Below are positions 10,806 to 21,206 of a DNA stretch of 64,000 nt, in pieces. Position numbers and translations under genes: made by a program. The stretch is from Acidimicrobiales bacterium. Lineage in GTDB: Bacteria; Actinomycetota; Acidimicrobiia; Acidimicrobiales; SHLQ01. Within the stretch, counting starts at the first letter, position 1; every line of letters starts with the position of its first letter. The notes under the pieces were generated by a model. It did not search any database, had not been told where the DNA came from, and was given only the letters and a program-made list of their open reading frames with translations. The DNA lies in NCBI GenBank assembly GCA_965216815.1, contig OZ244202.1, forward strand, positions 1,297,762-1,361,761, written 5' to 3'.

Positions 10806-11449
10806 TGGAGATGGCGGTGTTCTTGGCGAGCGCTGCGATCGTGCTCACCGGCGCGCTCGGCGTGGTGCTGTCGCGTTATCCGGTGCACTCGGCGTTGTTT
10901 CTCGTACAGACCCTGTTCGGAGTCGCGGCGTTGTTCGTGTTGCAGGATGCCCACTTCCTCGCGGCGGTTCAGGTGATCGTGTACGCGGGGGCAATCGTCA
11001 TCCTGTTCCTGTTCGTCATCATGCTGTTGGGCGTCGACACGGCCGAGGACCTCGACGTGGAACCGTTGGCCGGCCAGCGGCCCTTGGCGGTAGTCGTCGG
11101 CGCAGCCGCGGTCGGTCTACTGCTGACGGTGCTCATGGTGGCCGTCGACGCCATCTCGGGTGCGCCGAAGCGCACGGGCCCGATCGGCGAGAAAGCCAAC
11201 GTGAACGAGGTCGCCGAGACGCTGTTCAGCGACTACGTGTTCGCGTTCGAGGTCACCGGCGTCCTGTTGACCATCGCGGTCGTCGGAGCCGTCGTCATGG
11301 CCAGGCGACCGAGCGGCGACCCCGACGACATCCCGGCAACCGCACTCGACGAGCTCGTCGAGGCTCGCGCCGCTGCGTCGGCCGAGTCCGACGGGGAGGC
11401 CGACGATTCGTTCGAGGCGGGGGACGAGTCGGGGGAGGGTGCGTCGTGA
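10805..11449 (+). CDS. nuoJ: NADH-quinone oxidoreductase subunit J
   Basis: Position in operon, hydrophobic NuoJ-like N-terminal 2/3 (VIVYAGAIVILFLFVIMLL). TAATG overlap. Confidence 0.85.
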   Translation: MEMAVFLASAAIVLTGALGVVLSRYPVHSALFLVQTLFGVAALFVLQDAHFLAAVQVIVYAGAIVILFLFVIMLLGVDTAEDLDVEPLAGQRPLAVVVGAAAVGLLLTVLMVAVDAISGAPKRTGPIGEKANVNEVAETLFSDYVFAFEVTGVLLTIAVVGAVVMARRPSGDPDDIPATALDELVEARAAASAESDGEADDSFEAGDESGEGAS

Positions 11450-11748
11450 TCTCCCAGAACTGGCATTTGGTGCTCGGTGCGCTGCTGTTCACCATTGGCA
11501 TGGTCGGGCTTCTCGTGCGACGCAACCCGCTGGTCATGTTCATGTGTGTGGAACTGATGCTGAACGCGGTCAACATCACGTTCGTCGCGTTCGGCAACGA
11601 GCTCGGCGACATCGGTGGTCAGACCGCGGTGTTCTTCGTCCTGGTCGTCGCGGCTGCCGAGGTAGTTGTCGGCCTGGCCATCGTCGTCGCCATCATGCGC
11701 CGTCGACCCGATGCGACCGCCGACGACGTCTCGGTGCTGAGGGGATGA
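11446..11748 (+). CDS. nuoK: NADH-quinone oxidoreductase subunit K
   Basis: GTG start overlapping the nuoJ stop. LMCVELMLNAVN and AAAEVVVGLAIV. Only the last 100 codons of track ORF 10555-11748 are used. Confidence 0.9.
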   Translation: MISQNWHLVLGALLFTIGMVGLLVRRNPLVMFMCVELMLNAVNITFVAFGNELGDIGGQTAVFFVLVVAAAEVVVGLAIVVAIMRRRPDATADDVSVLRG

Positions 11749-11752
11749 GCTG

Positions 11753-13750
11753 ATGGTCGAAGCCGTTTGGCTCATTCCCGCGCTGCCCCTCGCCGGGTTC
11801 GTATTCCTGGTCTTGTTCGGTCGGCGCCTCGGCGAACCGGTATCGGGCTGGGTCGCAACCGCGGCGATCACCGGGTCGTTCGCAGCCACCGTGGCCGTGT
11901 TCGTCGACCTGATCGGGCGCGACGAGCACGATCGGGTCTTCAACCAGGTGCTGTTCGAATGGGTTCCGGTCGGTGGGTTCTCGGTCGACTTCGGCTTCCT
12001 GGTCGACCCGCTGGCGATCTCGATGTGCTTCTTCATCACAGGCGTCGGCGCGGTGATTCACCTGTATTCGATCGGCTACATGCACGGCGACGCACACTTC
12101 TCGAAGTTCTTCGTGTACCTCAACCTCTTCGCCTTCTCGATGCTCATGCTCGTGCTCGGCGACAACATGCTGTTGACCTTCCTCGGTTGGGAGGGAGTCG
12201 GCGCCTGCTCGTACTTCCTCATCTCGTTCTGGTTCAGCGACGAAGCCAACGCCACGGCGGGCAAGAAGGCGTTCGTGACCAACCGGGTTGGCGACTGGGG
12301 CTTCATGGTCGCGATGTTCCTGATCTTCGCAACGATCGGGTCGCTCCAGTACGTCGACGTGCTCGCGGCCGCGCCCGGTCTCGCCGAGTCGACCGCGACC
12401 GGCATCACCGTGTTGCTGTTGGTCGCCGCGGCCGGCAAGTCGGCGCAGCTCCCGCTCTATCTGTGGTTGCCCGACGCAATGGCTGGTCCGACACCGGTCT
12501 CGGCACTCATCCACGCCGCCACGATGGTCACCTCCGGTGTCTATCTGCTCACGCGCATGAACCCGGTGCTCGATGCGAGCGCCGATTGGGCTCCGATGAC
12601 GATCGCGTGGGTGGGCGCGCTCACAGCGCTGTTCGCCGCGACCGTCGCGGTCGCCCAAACCGACATCAAGAAGGTGCTCGCCTACTCGACGGTGTCACAG
12701 CTCGGCTACATGTTCCTCGCGGTCGGCCTCGGCGGCTACGTGGCCGCGGTGTTCCACATGATCACACATGCCTGCTTCAAAGCCTTGCTGTTCCTCGGGT
12801 CGGGCTCGGTCATACACGGGATGGAAGACGACCAGGACATGCGCCACTACGGCGGGCTCGCCAGGTTCATGCCGATCACGGCGATCACGTTCATAATCGG
12901 CTGGCTGGCGATCGCCGGTGTCCCGCCCTTCTCAGGGTTCTGGTCGAAGGACGAAGTGCTGCTGATCGCGTTCGACCACGGTGGGGCCGGCATCGTGCTC
13001 TGGGTCATCGCGGTGCTCGTCGCGTTGCTCACAGCGGTCTACATGACCCGCCAGGTCGTACTCACCTTCTTCGGCCGCCACCGATACGGCGACCCGCGGC
13101 CCGATGAACTCCCCGATGACGCTGCGCCGATCGAATATCCGGCCCTCTATCAACCCCCGAAGGTCGCGGCCGATGCCGAGCTGGCCGAAACGGTCGCCGC
13201 GCGCCGCGAGCACCATCCACACGAATCGGGCTGGTTGATGACCGGGCCCCTCGTGTTGCTCGCTGGCTTGGCGGCGGTAGCTGGATTGTTGAACCTGCCC
13301 TTCGGTGGCTGGCATCAACTCGAGAGCTTCCTCGAACCGTCCTTGTTCGGCAACGAAGCCCACATCGATGCCGGTGGGTGGACCAAGGTCGCGCTGGCCG
13401 CGGTAGCCACGATCACCGCGCTGGTCGGCATAGCGATCGGCGCAGCCGCCTATCTACGAAACCGCATTCCCTACAAGCCGTTCGAACAACCCGTGCTGGC
13501 CCGGGGCTGGTACTACGACGAGACGGTGAGCTCATTCATGGGCGGACCCGGTCGCCGTGCGTTCGAGGCGATCGCCTGGTTCGACGCCACCATCGTCGAC
13601 GGTGCTGTCAACGGAGCGGGTCGCCTCGTCCAGGCCGCCTCGACCGGTGTGAGGCGTGTCCAGAACGGGTTCGTCCGCTCCTACGCCGCTCTCATGGCCG
13701 GCGGCGCCGTCGTGTTGATGGCCTACTTCGTGTTGAGGTCATCGCTGTGA
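11753..13750 (+). CDS. nuoL: NADH-quinone oxidoreductase subunit L
   Basis: Antiporter-like subunit: GWEGVG.CSY.LI.FW, KSAQLPLY.WLPDAMAGPTPVSALIHAATMV. Confidence 0.93.
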   Translation: MVEAVWLIPALPLAGFVFLVLFGRRLGEPVSGWVATAAITGSFAATVAVFVDLIGRDEHDRVFNQVLFEWVPVGGFSVDFGFLVDPLAISMCFFITGVGAVIHLYSIGYMHGDAHFSKFFVYLNLFAFSMLMLVLGDNMLLTFLGWEGVGACSYFLISFWFSDEANATAGKKAFVTNRVGDWGFMVAMFLIFATIGSLQYVDVLAAAPGLAESTATGITVLLLVAAAGKSAQLPLYLWLPDAMAGPTPVSALIHAATMVTSGVYLLTRMNPVLDASADWAPMTIAWVGALTALFAATVAVAQTDIKKVLAYSTVSQLGYMFLAVGLGGYVAAVFHMITHACFKALLFLGSGSVIHGMEDDQDMRHYGGLARFMPITAITFIIGWLAIAGVPPFSGFWSKDEVLLIAFDHGGAGIVLWVIAVLVALLTAVYMTRQVVLTFFGRHRYGDPRPDELPDDAAPIEYPALYQPPKVAADAELAETVAARREHHPHESGWLMTGPLVLLAGLAAVAGLLNLPFGGWHQLESFLEPSLFGNEAHIDAGGWTKVALAAVATITALVGIAIGAAAYLRNRIPYKPFEQPVLARGWYYDETVSSFMGGPGRRAFEAIAWFDATIVDGAVNGAGRLVQAASTGVRRVQNGFVRSYAALMAGGAVVLMAYFVLRSSL

Positions 13751-15360
13751 TCGCGTTCGCCTCCACGGTTCTCGCCAGCTCGGGCACGGTCGACTTCCCA
13801 CTCCTGAGCGCCCTCATCCTCATCCCCGCGGCCGGTGCGATCCTGCTCGCAGTGTTGCCCAGGTCGCGACCGGAGGTCTTCAGGCCCGTCGCGCTTTCCG
13901 TGAGCGGCGTCGCTGGGGCGGTATCGATCTGGTTGCTCGCCGCGTTCGACAAAGGCACCACCGAGTTCCAGTTCCGGTCCGAACAGAGCTGGATCAGCGA
14001 GCTGGGGATCTCATGGCTCCTCGGCGTCGACGGCATCTCGCTCTTCTTGGTCGTGCTAACCGGAGTGCTGTTCCCGATCGCCATCGTCGCCGTCACCCCG
14101 GAGTGCGACCCGAAGCAGTACTACGCGTGGATTCTCATGCTCGAGGCCGGATGCATGGGGGTGTTCCTAGCGCTCGACCTCGTGTTGTTCTTCGTGTTCT
14201 TCGAGATCGTGCTCGTTCCCATGTATTTCCTGATCGGTCGCTGGGGCCACGGGAACCGCGTGTACGCGGCCACGAAGTTCTTCCTCTACACGATGCTCGG
14301 TTCTGCATTGATGCTGGTCGGCATCGTGTTCCTCGCCGTGCTCGACGCGTCGCGAGGAGGTCACGATCTGACCTTCAGCATCGAGGTGCTCGCCAACTCC
14401 CAGGCGCTCGCCGAGTCCTCCACGTGGGCTGCTCGTTTCGTGTTCTTGAGCTTCGCTGTTGCCTTCGCGGTAAAGGTCCCGATCTTCCCCCTTCACACAT
14501 GGCTTCCCGACGCACACACCGAGGCGCCCACGGCTGGTTCGGTCATCCTCGCCGGCGTGATGTTGAAGCTCGGCACCTACGGGTTCATCAGGTTGGGCCT
14601 CTACCTCTTCCCCGACGCCACGGTGTACTTCGCACCGGTCTTCGTGACTCTCGGCGTCGTCGGCATCATCTACGGAGCCGTGGTCGCCACGATGCAGAAG
14701 GACCTCAAACGGCTCGTCGCCTATTCATCCGTCGCCCACCTCGGCTTCATCGTCATGGGCATCTTCGCGCTCAACGTCGAGGGCATCACCGGCGGCATCC
14801 TCCAGATGGTCAACCACGGCATTTCGACCGGAGCGCTGTTCCTCCTCGTCGGCATGATCTATGAGCGGCGCCACACGAGGGAGATCAGCGAGCTCGGCGG
14901 CCTCCAGTCGGCGGCGCCGATACTGGCCGGCGTCTTCACCCTCGTGATGCTCAGTTCGATCGGCCTGCCAGGCCTCAACGGGTTCGTCGGCGAGTACCTG
15001 ACACTGCTCGGTGCGTTCATGGCGCATCGTTGGTGGGCGGTTGTCGCGACCGCAGGTGTCATCCTCGCCGCGCTGTATCTCCTGTGGGCCTACCAGCGGG
15101 TGTTCCACGGACCCGCAGAGGGCCACAACGCCGAGATGCCCGACCTGCGGTTCAGCGAGGGTCTTGTCATGTTGCCGCTCATCGCCCTCATCGTGTTCAT
15201 GGGCATCTATCCCAAACCGGTGCTCGAACGAATGGAGCCGTCGGTCGAAGAGCTGATCGACCACATCGAAGCGGAGGTCGAGGACTTCACCGCTCCGACC
15301 AACGAGGTGCTCGTGGCACCTGAGCCGGCCGACGAAGCCGAAGGTGAGGGGCACGGATGA
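13747..15360 (+). CDS. nuoM: NADH-quinone oxidoreductase subunit M
   Basis: GTGA overlap with nuoL. FAVKVPIFPLHTWLPDAHTEAPTAGSVILAGV.LKLG.YG. N-terminal part of track ORF 13378-15360 discarded. Confidence 0.92.
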   Translation: MIAFASTVLASSGTVDFPLLSALILIPAAGAILLAVLPRSRPEVFRPVALSVSGVAGAVSIWLLAAFDKGTTEFQFRSEQSWISELGISWLLGVDGISLFLVVLTGVLFPIAIVAVTPECDPKQYYAWILMLEAGCMGVFLALDLVLFFVFFEIVLVPMYFLIGRWGHGNRVYAATKFFLYTMLGSALMLVGIVFLAVLDASRGGHDLTFSIEVLANSQALAESSTWAARFVFLSFAVAFAVKVPIFPLHTWLPDAHTEAPTAGSVILAGVMLKLGTYGFIRLGLYLFPDATVYFAPVFVTLGVVGIIYGAVVATMQKDLKRLVAYSSVAHLGFIVMGIFALNVEGITGGILQMVNHGISTGALFLLVGMIYERRHTREISELGGLQSAAPILAGVFTLVMLSSIGLPGLNGFVGEYLTLLGAFMAHRWWAVVATAGVILAALYLLWAYQRVFHGPAEGHNAEMPDLRFSEGLVMLPLIALIVFMGIYPKPVLERMEPSVEELIDHIEAEVEDFTAPTNEVLVAPEPADEAEGEGHG

Positions 15361-16898
15361 TTTTCGCGCAGGTCCCCCCGACACCGGAACCGATCGACAT
15401 CGGCGTTGTCGAAGACTTCGCGACGCCCGACGTCGACGGTTGGCTGATGCTCCCGCTGTTGGTCCTGGTCGGCGGGGCGATCGTGCTGTTGATGATCGTC
15501 TCGCTGGCAAAGAGGCTGCGTGAGGGCCGCTTTGTCGCGTATGCGACGTTCGTGATCGCATCTGCCGCAGCGATCTGTGTGATCCCACTGTGGACCAAGT
15601 TCCAAGAGGATGGAGCGTCCTCCACGCTCGACGGGGCAGTCGGTTTCGACGGGTTCTCCCTGTTCGTCACGGCGGTGATCTGTATCTGTGTGGCGCTCAC
15701 GTCGCTGTTGGCTGCCCAGTACCTGGTCGACGCGGACTTCGGGGGCGCCGAGTTCTATGTGCTGATGCTGCTCTCGGCCTCGGGCGGGGTCGTGATGGCA
15801 TCGGCCAACGACCTGATCGTCTTGTTCCTCGGCCTCGAGGTGCTCTCGATAGCGGTCTATGTTCTCGCCGCACTTCAGCGTCGTCGAACGCAATCGGCCG
15901 AGGCCGGGCTCAAGTACTTCGTACTCGGCGCGTTTTCCTCGGCCTTTCTTCTCTACGGCATCGCCATGATCTACGGCTCAACCGGTTCGACGAACCTGTC
16001 GACCATCCGCGACTTCCTGGCGACCAACCTCGTCACCGACGACGCGATTCTGCTGGCGGGTTTCGGTCTGATGCTCGTCGGCCTCGGCTTCAAGGTGGCG
16101 GCCGTGCCGTTCCACGCCTGGACCCCGGACGTCTACCAGGGAGCTCCGAGCCCGGTGGTGGCGTTCATGGCATCGGCGGTGAAAGCCGCAGGGTTCGCTG
16201 CGCTCATCCGCGTGTTCATCGTCACGTTCGACTCCTTCGTGGCCGACTGGGGCCCGGCGGTGTACGCGCTGGCGGTGCTTTCTCTGCTCGGTGGCGCGAT
16301 CGGTGCCGTGGTGCAGACCGATGTGAAGCGGATGCTCGCCTACTCGTCGATCAGCCACGCGGGGTTCATACTCGTCGGCGTACAGGTCGCCACCGACGAG
16401 GGAGTGAGGGCGTCGTTGTTCTACATCGCCGCGTACGCGGTGATGATCGTCGGGACGTTCGGTGTGGTGAGCCTGATGGGAGGCCCGGCCGACTCGGCCC
16501 ACATGCTCGACGACTACAAGGGGTTGGGTCGTTCCCGACCCATGCTCGCCGGTGCTCTGACCATCTTGTTGTTGTCACAGGCGGGCGTTCCGTTCACGAT
16601 CGGGTTCTTCGCGAAGTTCGAGATCATCACAGCCGCGGTCGACGGAGGCTCTCAGTGGCTCGGCGTGATGGCCATGGTGTCGGCGGTCATCGCCGCATAC
16701 CTCTACCTGCGCATCGTCGTGGCGATGTTCCTGTCGGACGCCGAGGAAGGCTCCGAGGCGGATGCCCCGGCGGGCGTCGCCGACGCTGCTGGGGCCGCCA
16801 TCCTCATCGCTGTCGCGGTTGTGTTGTTCTTCGGCATCGTCCCCGGCCCCCTCGACGAGGTCGCCCGCGACGCCATCCCCGTGCTGGTCACCAGGTAG
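15357..16898 (+). CDS. nuoN: NADH-quinone oxidoreductase subunit N
   Basis: ATGA overlap with nuoM. GFKVAAVPFHAWTPDVYQGAPSPV.AFM. Confidence 0.9.
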   Translation: MIFAQVPPTPEPIDIGVVEDFATPDVDGWLMLPLLVLVGGAIVLLMIVSLAKRLREGRFVAYATFVIASAAAICVIPLWTKFQEDGASSTLDGAVGFDGFSLFVTAVICICVALTSLLAAQYLVDADFGGAEFYVLMLLSASGGVVMASANDLIVLFLGLEVLSIAVYVLAALQRRRTQSAEAGLKYFVLGAFSSAFLLYGIAMIYGSTGSTNLSTIRDFLATNLVTDDAILLAGFGLMLVGLGFKVAAVPFHAWTPDVYQGAPSPVVAFMASAVKAAGFAALIRVFIVTFDSFVADWGPAVYALAVLSLLGGAIGAVVQTDVKRMLAYSSISHAGFILVGVQVATDEGVRASLFYIAAYAVMIVGTFGVVSLMGGPADSAHMLDDYKGLGRSRPMLAGALTILLLSQAGVPFTIGFFAKFEIITAAVDGGSQWLGVMAMVSAVIAAYLYLRIVVAMFLSDAEEGSEADAPAGVADAAGAAILIAVAVVLFFGIVPGPLDEVARDAIPVLVTR

Positions 16899-16908
16899 AG
16901 GCGTCGTC

Positions 16909-17619
16909 CTACAGCCGCCGGATGGCGACCTGAAACATCGGCTCCCTGAACAGCTTGATGGTTACCTCGAACCGGTCAGCGCCGAGGTCGTCGAGGACGT
17001 CGATCGTCTGTTCACGATTCGTCAGCAAGAAGCGGTCGCCCTCGGACCGCAGATTCCACTTGTGGAGTCCCTTGTACGACTGGCGCTCGGCTTCGTCTCT
17101 GGCGTGGTACAGGACAACGAAGCAGCCCTCTCGAACCACCTTGCACATCTCTCGTATGCCCTGCATCGGGTTAGCTGCGTGGTCAAGGCAGTTCTGAGCA
17201 TGGACGAGATGGAAACTCCCATCCGGCCACACGTCGGAGAGCGTTTCCACTTCCACGGCGACGGGAGCGACAGGTGGGACGATGCTGTGTCTTGCCATTA
17301 GTTCGTTGTAGGCGTCAGCCAACGGATCTGTGGCCACGATCTCCAGTGTGCGTCCGGGCGTCTTCTTCCCGATGACTGTCAGTGGTCCGGAGCCCACATC
17401 GAGTATTCGAACCGTGTCCGATCCCTCCGGCAGAAACGGCACGAGACGCTCGTCGAGGCGAGTGTCCGGATCGAGCTTGGCCTGGAATTGCGCTGGGTGA
17501 ACGCCTCCGCTGGCCAGAACCCGGTCCCAGTAACGCACCTCGGACTTCAGACCGCGTTCTCTATCGTCTCCCACCACGCGCAGGAATATAGCAGGGCGGG
17601 TGATCGGCGAAGTCGGCAA
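16909..17619 (-). CDS. class I SAM-dependent methyltransferase
   Basis: SAM-binding motif I ILDVGSGP plus downstream acidic loop. The TTG start abuts the upstream stop; the true start may lie further downstream. Confidence 0.65.
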   Translation of the reverse strand: MPTSPITRPAIFLRVVGDDRERGLKSEVRYWDRVLASGGVHPAQFQAKLDPDTRLDERLVPFLPEGSDTVRILDVGSGPLTVIGKKTPGRTLEIVATDPLADAYNELMARHSIVPPVAPVAVEVETLSDVWPDGSFHLVHAQNCLDHAANPMQGIREMCKVVREGCFVVLYHARDEAERQSYKGLHKWNLRSEGDRFLLTNREQTIDVLDDLGADRFEVTIKLFREPMFQVAIRRL

Positions 17620-18390
17620 CTACCAAGCCTTCAGCCACTCGATCGTCCGTAGGCTGGCGGCTTCGTAGCCGGCGTCGACGAGCGCTGCGAAGCCTGGCTC
17701 ACCCGCCTGAGCCCGTTCGAGCACGACCGAACGGGCGACATCGACATAGGCCCGCACCATGACGATCAGCCGATGCCGCGCGGAGCGATCGAGTTCGAAC
17801 ACGTCGGCCCAGGCGTCGACCCTGGCACGCTGGTCGATGTCCGCGTAGGGCTCTGCGAGATCGCTCGGATTCCAAAGTGGCACCCAGTGCCTGAGAGCTA
17901 CCGCGATGTCGAAGAGTGGATCGACGGGCGCCGCGTAGTCCCAGTCGATGACACCGACCGGTACGGCATGTTCGCCGTCGGTGGAAAACACGACGTTCGA
18001 CACGCCGAGATCGTTGTGGCACACGAGGTCACCACGGCCGATCTCGGGAAGGTACGGCACCGAGAAGCCGGCATTGGATGGTGGCTCGTAGCTCACCGCG
18101 GCTTCGTGTAGGCGGCGCTGGAGCTCGGCCACGGCCAACAGCGTCTCGTCGGCAGCGACCCAGGCCGGCCGTTCGTCACCATCGCCGACCACGGTCCCTT
18201 CGACGAAATCAAGGGTCTGGCGGCCGTCTTCGATGCCGTGGGGAACGGGAACGAAGTCGCAACCGCGGGCGATGAGATGGCGCTGGAAGTCGTGAATCGC
18301 CGCGGTCGCCGGGCCGGCCGGTTTGGTGACCCGGTCGCCGTGACGAACGACCGCCCCAGGGTTCGCCGTCCCCCCGTCCAAGACCTCCAT
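17620..18390 (-). CDS. aminoglycoside/choline-kinase-type phosphotransferase family protein
   Basis: Catalytic loop [13 protein letters not shown] and metal-binding IDWDYA. Confidence 0.7.
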   Translation of the reverse strand: MEVLDGGTANPGAVVRHGDRVTKPAGPATAAIHDFQRHLIARGCDFVPVPHGIEDGRQTLDFVEGTVVGDGDERPAWVAADETLLAVAELQRRLHEAAVSYEPPSNAGFSVPYLPEIGRGDLVCHNDLGVSNVVFSTDGEHAVPVGVIDWDYAAPVDPLFDIAVALRHWVPLWNPSDLAEPYADIDQRARVDAWADVFELDRSARHRLIVMVRAYVDVARSVVLERAQAGEPGFAALVDAGYEAASLRTIEWLKAW

Positions 18391-18459
18391 CCAACCTCCG
18401 AAATTTGGCGCCTATCCCACCTGTGAGGTGGGTTTTCCTCCCTAGAATGGCGCCCCGCG

Positions 18460-18879
18460 TTGCCCCTGCGCCGTATTGGCGACCCCTATGCCCCATCGTT
18501 AGGCTCTCACGCCGTGTCGGACTTCCTCCGCAGCTACCTCACAGTCTTCATCTTCGCCGGATTCGCCGTCGTTCTCGTCGGCGTCATCTTGTCGTTGGGG
18601 CGGCTCATCCGACCCGATCGGGCTACCGCGCAGAAGTACATCACCTACGAGAGCGGCGTCGACCCCACCGGCGACATGTGGTCTCAGTCGAACATTCGCT
18701 ACTACGTCTTTGCGCTGCTCTTCGTCATGTTCGACGTCGAAGCCGTGTTCATCTTCCCATGGGCCACCCGCCTCGAGGCCTACGGCCTCTTCGGGCTGAT
18801 CGAGATGGGCATCTTCATCGTCATTCTGCTGCTCGGGCTCATCTATGCGTGGCGCAAGGGGATGCTGCGATGGGTCTAG
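18460..18879 (+). CDS. nuoA: complex-I-like subunit A (second copy)
   Basis: YESG.DP.G......IRYY.FALLFV.FDVEAVF.FPWA. A likelier start is GTG 18514. Confidence 0.85.
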   Translation: MPLRRIGDPYAPSLGSHAVSDFLRSYLTVFIFAGFAVVLVGVILSLGRLIRPDRATAQKYITYESGVDPTGDMWSQSNIRYYVFALLFVMFDVEAVFIFPWATRLEAYGLFGLIEMGIFIVILLLGLIYAWRKGMLRWV

Positions 18880-19373
18880 TCGAGAACGGCAAGCTGCCGA
18901 AACCGCTCACCAGCCTGCTCAACATCTCGCGCAAGTACTCGCTGTGGGTCTATCAGTGGGGGCTCGCCTGCTGCGCGATCGAGATGGGTGCCGCTTTCGT
19001 CGCACCCCGCTACGACGTGATGCGTCTCGGTGTGATCCCGCTGCCCGCGAGTCCTCGCCAAGCCGACCTGGTGGTCATCTCGGGCACCGTCACCGACAAG
19101 ATGGCGCCTGCGGTGCGTCGCCTCTACGAGCAGATGCCCGACCCGAAGTACGTCATCTCCATGGGTTCGTGTGCCAACTGCGGCGGCCCCTACTGGGACA
19201 GCTACTCGGTCACCAAGGGCGTTGACCAGGTCATTCCCGTCGACGTCTACGTGCCGGGGTGCCCGCCTCGACCCGAGGCTCTCCTCGAAGGCATCGTGAT
19301 GCTCCAGGAGAAGATCCTCAACGAGGATCCTGCCGAGCGATGGAAGGGAGAGCCCCTTGTCGTCGACGGCTGA
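18870..19373 (+). CDS. nuoB: complex-I-like subunit B (second copy)
   Basis: Internal ATG of track ORF 18405-19373. [23 protein letters not shown] and VPGCPPRPE. Confidence 0.9.
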   Translation: MGLVENGKLPKPLTSLLNISRKYSLWVYQWGLACCAIEMGAAFVAPRYDVMRLGVIPLPASPRQADLVVISGTVTDKMAPAVRRLYEQMPDPKYVISMGSCANCGGPYWDSYSVTKGVDQVIPVDVYVPGCPPRPEALLEGIVMLQEKILNEDPAERWKGEPLVVDG

Positions 19374-20040
19374 AGCCACCGAATCAGACGAAGCCTCAGA
19401 AGACGTCGTCGAGACCGACGAGGCTCGCGAGGCTCTCGTCGAGCGCATCGGCGCCGAGCTGGGCGACGCCTTGCTCGATAGTCACATAGTCCCCGGAAAG
19501 GACGCCTGGATACGCGTCACCCGCGACAGCTGGGTCGACACAGGCATGTTCCTACGCGACGGCATCGGTTGTCGCTACTTCAACTTCCTCTCGGTGATCG
19601 ACTGGCTGCCGTCGCCGTACGGCCGCGAGATGGAGGCCGAGGTCGACCTCGATCCGGACGCTGAAAATGAACCTGAGCCGATCGAGCAAGGGTTTGCCGG
19701 CGGCGATACCCGCTTCCAGATCTTCGCCAGGGTGCACAACGTGGTCGATCACCTCGGCATCACGATCAAGACCGACCTCGACGACGACAACCCCGCGATC
19801 GACACCTGGATCCCGGTGTATGCCGGGGCGAACTGGCACGAACGCGAGGCCTGGGAGATGTACGGCGTCGATTTCGTGGGCCACCCGAACCTGGTCCACC
19901 TCTACCTGCCGACGGGGTTCGAAGGACACCCGCTGCGCAAGGACTTCCCGCTGCTGGCACGGCGTATGAAGCCGTGGCCGGGCATCGTCGATGTCGAGCA
20001 GATGCCGGGCGAGGATGACGACGAGGAGGCGGCATCGTGA
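19357..20040 (+). CDS. nuoC: complex-I-like subunit C (second copy)
   Basis: [39 protein letters not shown] start with GGAAGGGAG upstream. Confidence 0.85.
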   Translation: MSSTAEATESDEASEDVVETDEAREALVERIGAELGDALLDSHIVPGKDAWIRVTRDSWVDTGMFLRDGIGCRYFNFLSVIDWLPSPYGREMEAEVDLDPDAENEPEPIEQGFAGGDTRFQIFARVHNVVDHLGITIKTDLDDDNPAIDTWIPVYAGANWHEREAWEMYGVDFVGHPNLVHLYLPTGFEGHPLRKDFPLLARRMKPWPGIVDVEQMPGEDDDEEAAS

Positions 20041-21206
20041 GCGTCACCGAGTCCGAGCAACTCTCCTACATCGCGGCCCAGGCCGCCGATGCCCGACTGA
20101 ACGTGGAGATCGAGACCGAGGGCATGACCCTCAACATCGGCCCCCAGCATCCGGCAACACACGGCACGCTGCGCATCGTCGCCAAACTCGATGGCGAACA
20201 GGTGCTGGCCGCCGAACCGATCGCCGGGTACATGCACCGTGGCTACGAGAAGCTGACCGAGGTACGCACGTACCCGCAGGTGACCACGCTCATCAACCGC
20301 ATCGACTGGTTGGGCAGTTTCGCAAACGAGGTCCCGTTCATTCTCGCCGCAGAACAGCTCATGGAGGTCGAGGCGCCACCACGAGCTCAGTGGATCCGGA
20401 CCGTCCTGTTCGAGCTGTCCCGCATCTCGAACCTCACCTTGTTCCTCGGCGACATGGGCATCCAACTCGGTGCGATGACCCCGGTGTTCTACGCATTCCG
20501 AGACCGCGAGCACGTGGTCAACCAGATCGAGGCAGTTACCGGCGGCAGGTTCCATCCGAACTTCGACCGGATCGGTGGGCTCAAGGACGATCTCCCGGCC
20601 GGCTGGATCGACGGTACTCGGAGCGCGATGGATCGCATCGAGGACTTCTGCGACCAGATGGAGACGCTCCTGCTGGGCAACGAGATCTTCGAGAGCCGGA
20701 CACGCGGTATCGGTGTCATCCCGGCCGACGTGGGACTCGCCTACGGCCTCTCCGGAGCCAACATTCGTGCCAGTGGCGTCGACTGGGATCTGCGCCGAGA
20801 CGGCAGCGAGGGCCTGGTCTACAACGAGCTCGACTGGAAGGTCTGGACCCATCCCGACGGCGACTCCTTCGCCCGGTTCTGGGTGCGGCTCCAGGAGATC
20901 CGCGAGGGCGCCAAGATCGTCAGGCAGCTCCTCGACGGCATCCCGTCCGGACCGGTCATGGCCAAGGTGCCGCGCATCATCAAAGTGCCGGCAGGTGAAG
21001 CATTCGTCGAGACCGACAACCCGCTCGGCGCGATGGGCTACTACGTCGTGTCCAAAGGCGACCTCAACCCGTTCCGTGTGAAGATCCGCTCGGCATCGTT
21101 CAACAACATCTCGATCTGTCCGTGGGTGCTCAGGGGCGTCTACGTGCCCGACATCATCACGATCCTCGCCAGCCTGTACTTCATCTTGGGGGACATCGAC
21201 CGGTGA
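20037..21206 (+). CDS. nuoD: complex-I-like subunit D (second copy)
   Basis: NIGPQHPATHGTLRI, GYMHRGYEKL and C-terminal FILGDIDR. GTGA overlap with nuoC2. Confidence 0.92.
   Translation: MSVTESEQLSYIAAQAADARLNVEIETEGMTLNIGPQHPATHGTLRIVAKLDGEQVLAAEPIAGYMHRGYEKLTEVRTYPQVTTLINRIDWLGSFANEVPFILAAEQLMEVEAPPRAQWIRTVLFELSRISNLTLFLGDMGIQLGAMTPVFYAFRDREHVVNQIEAVTGGRFHPNFDRIGGLKDDLPAGWIDGTRSAMDRIEDFCDQMETLLLGNEIFESRTRGIGVIPADVGLAYGLSGANIRASGVDWDLRRDGSEGLVYNELDWKVWTHPDGDSFARFWVRLQEIREGAKIVRQLLDGIPSGPVMAKVPRIIKVPAGEAFVETDNPLGAMGYYVVSKGDLNPFRVKIRSASFNNISICPWVLRGVYVPDIITILASLYFILGDIDR

Noticed and set aside
10555-11748. Long N-terminal extensions of several track ORFs (10555-11748, 13378-15360, 3618-5027, 28747-30012, 21122-22231, 18405-19373, 33630-35858)
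   Set aside because: The extensions overlap the preceding, well-supported genes in another frame and are Arg-rich. Internal starts with stop/start overlaps (ATGA/GTGA) give proteins of canonical length.
16909-18390. Functional link between the methyltransferase/kinase pair and the two flanking nuo operons
   Set aside because: They are on the opposite strand and convergent or divergent with the nuo operons. Both belong to generic families, and nothing in the sequence ties them to complex I.
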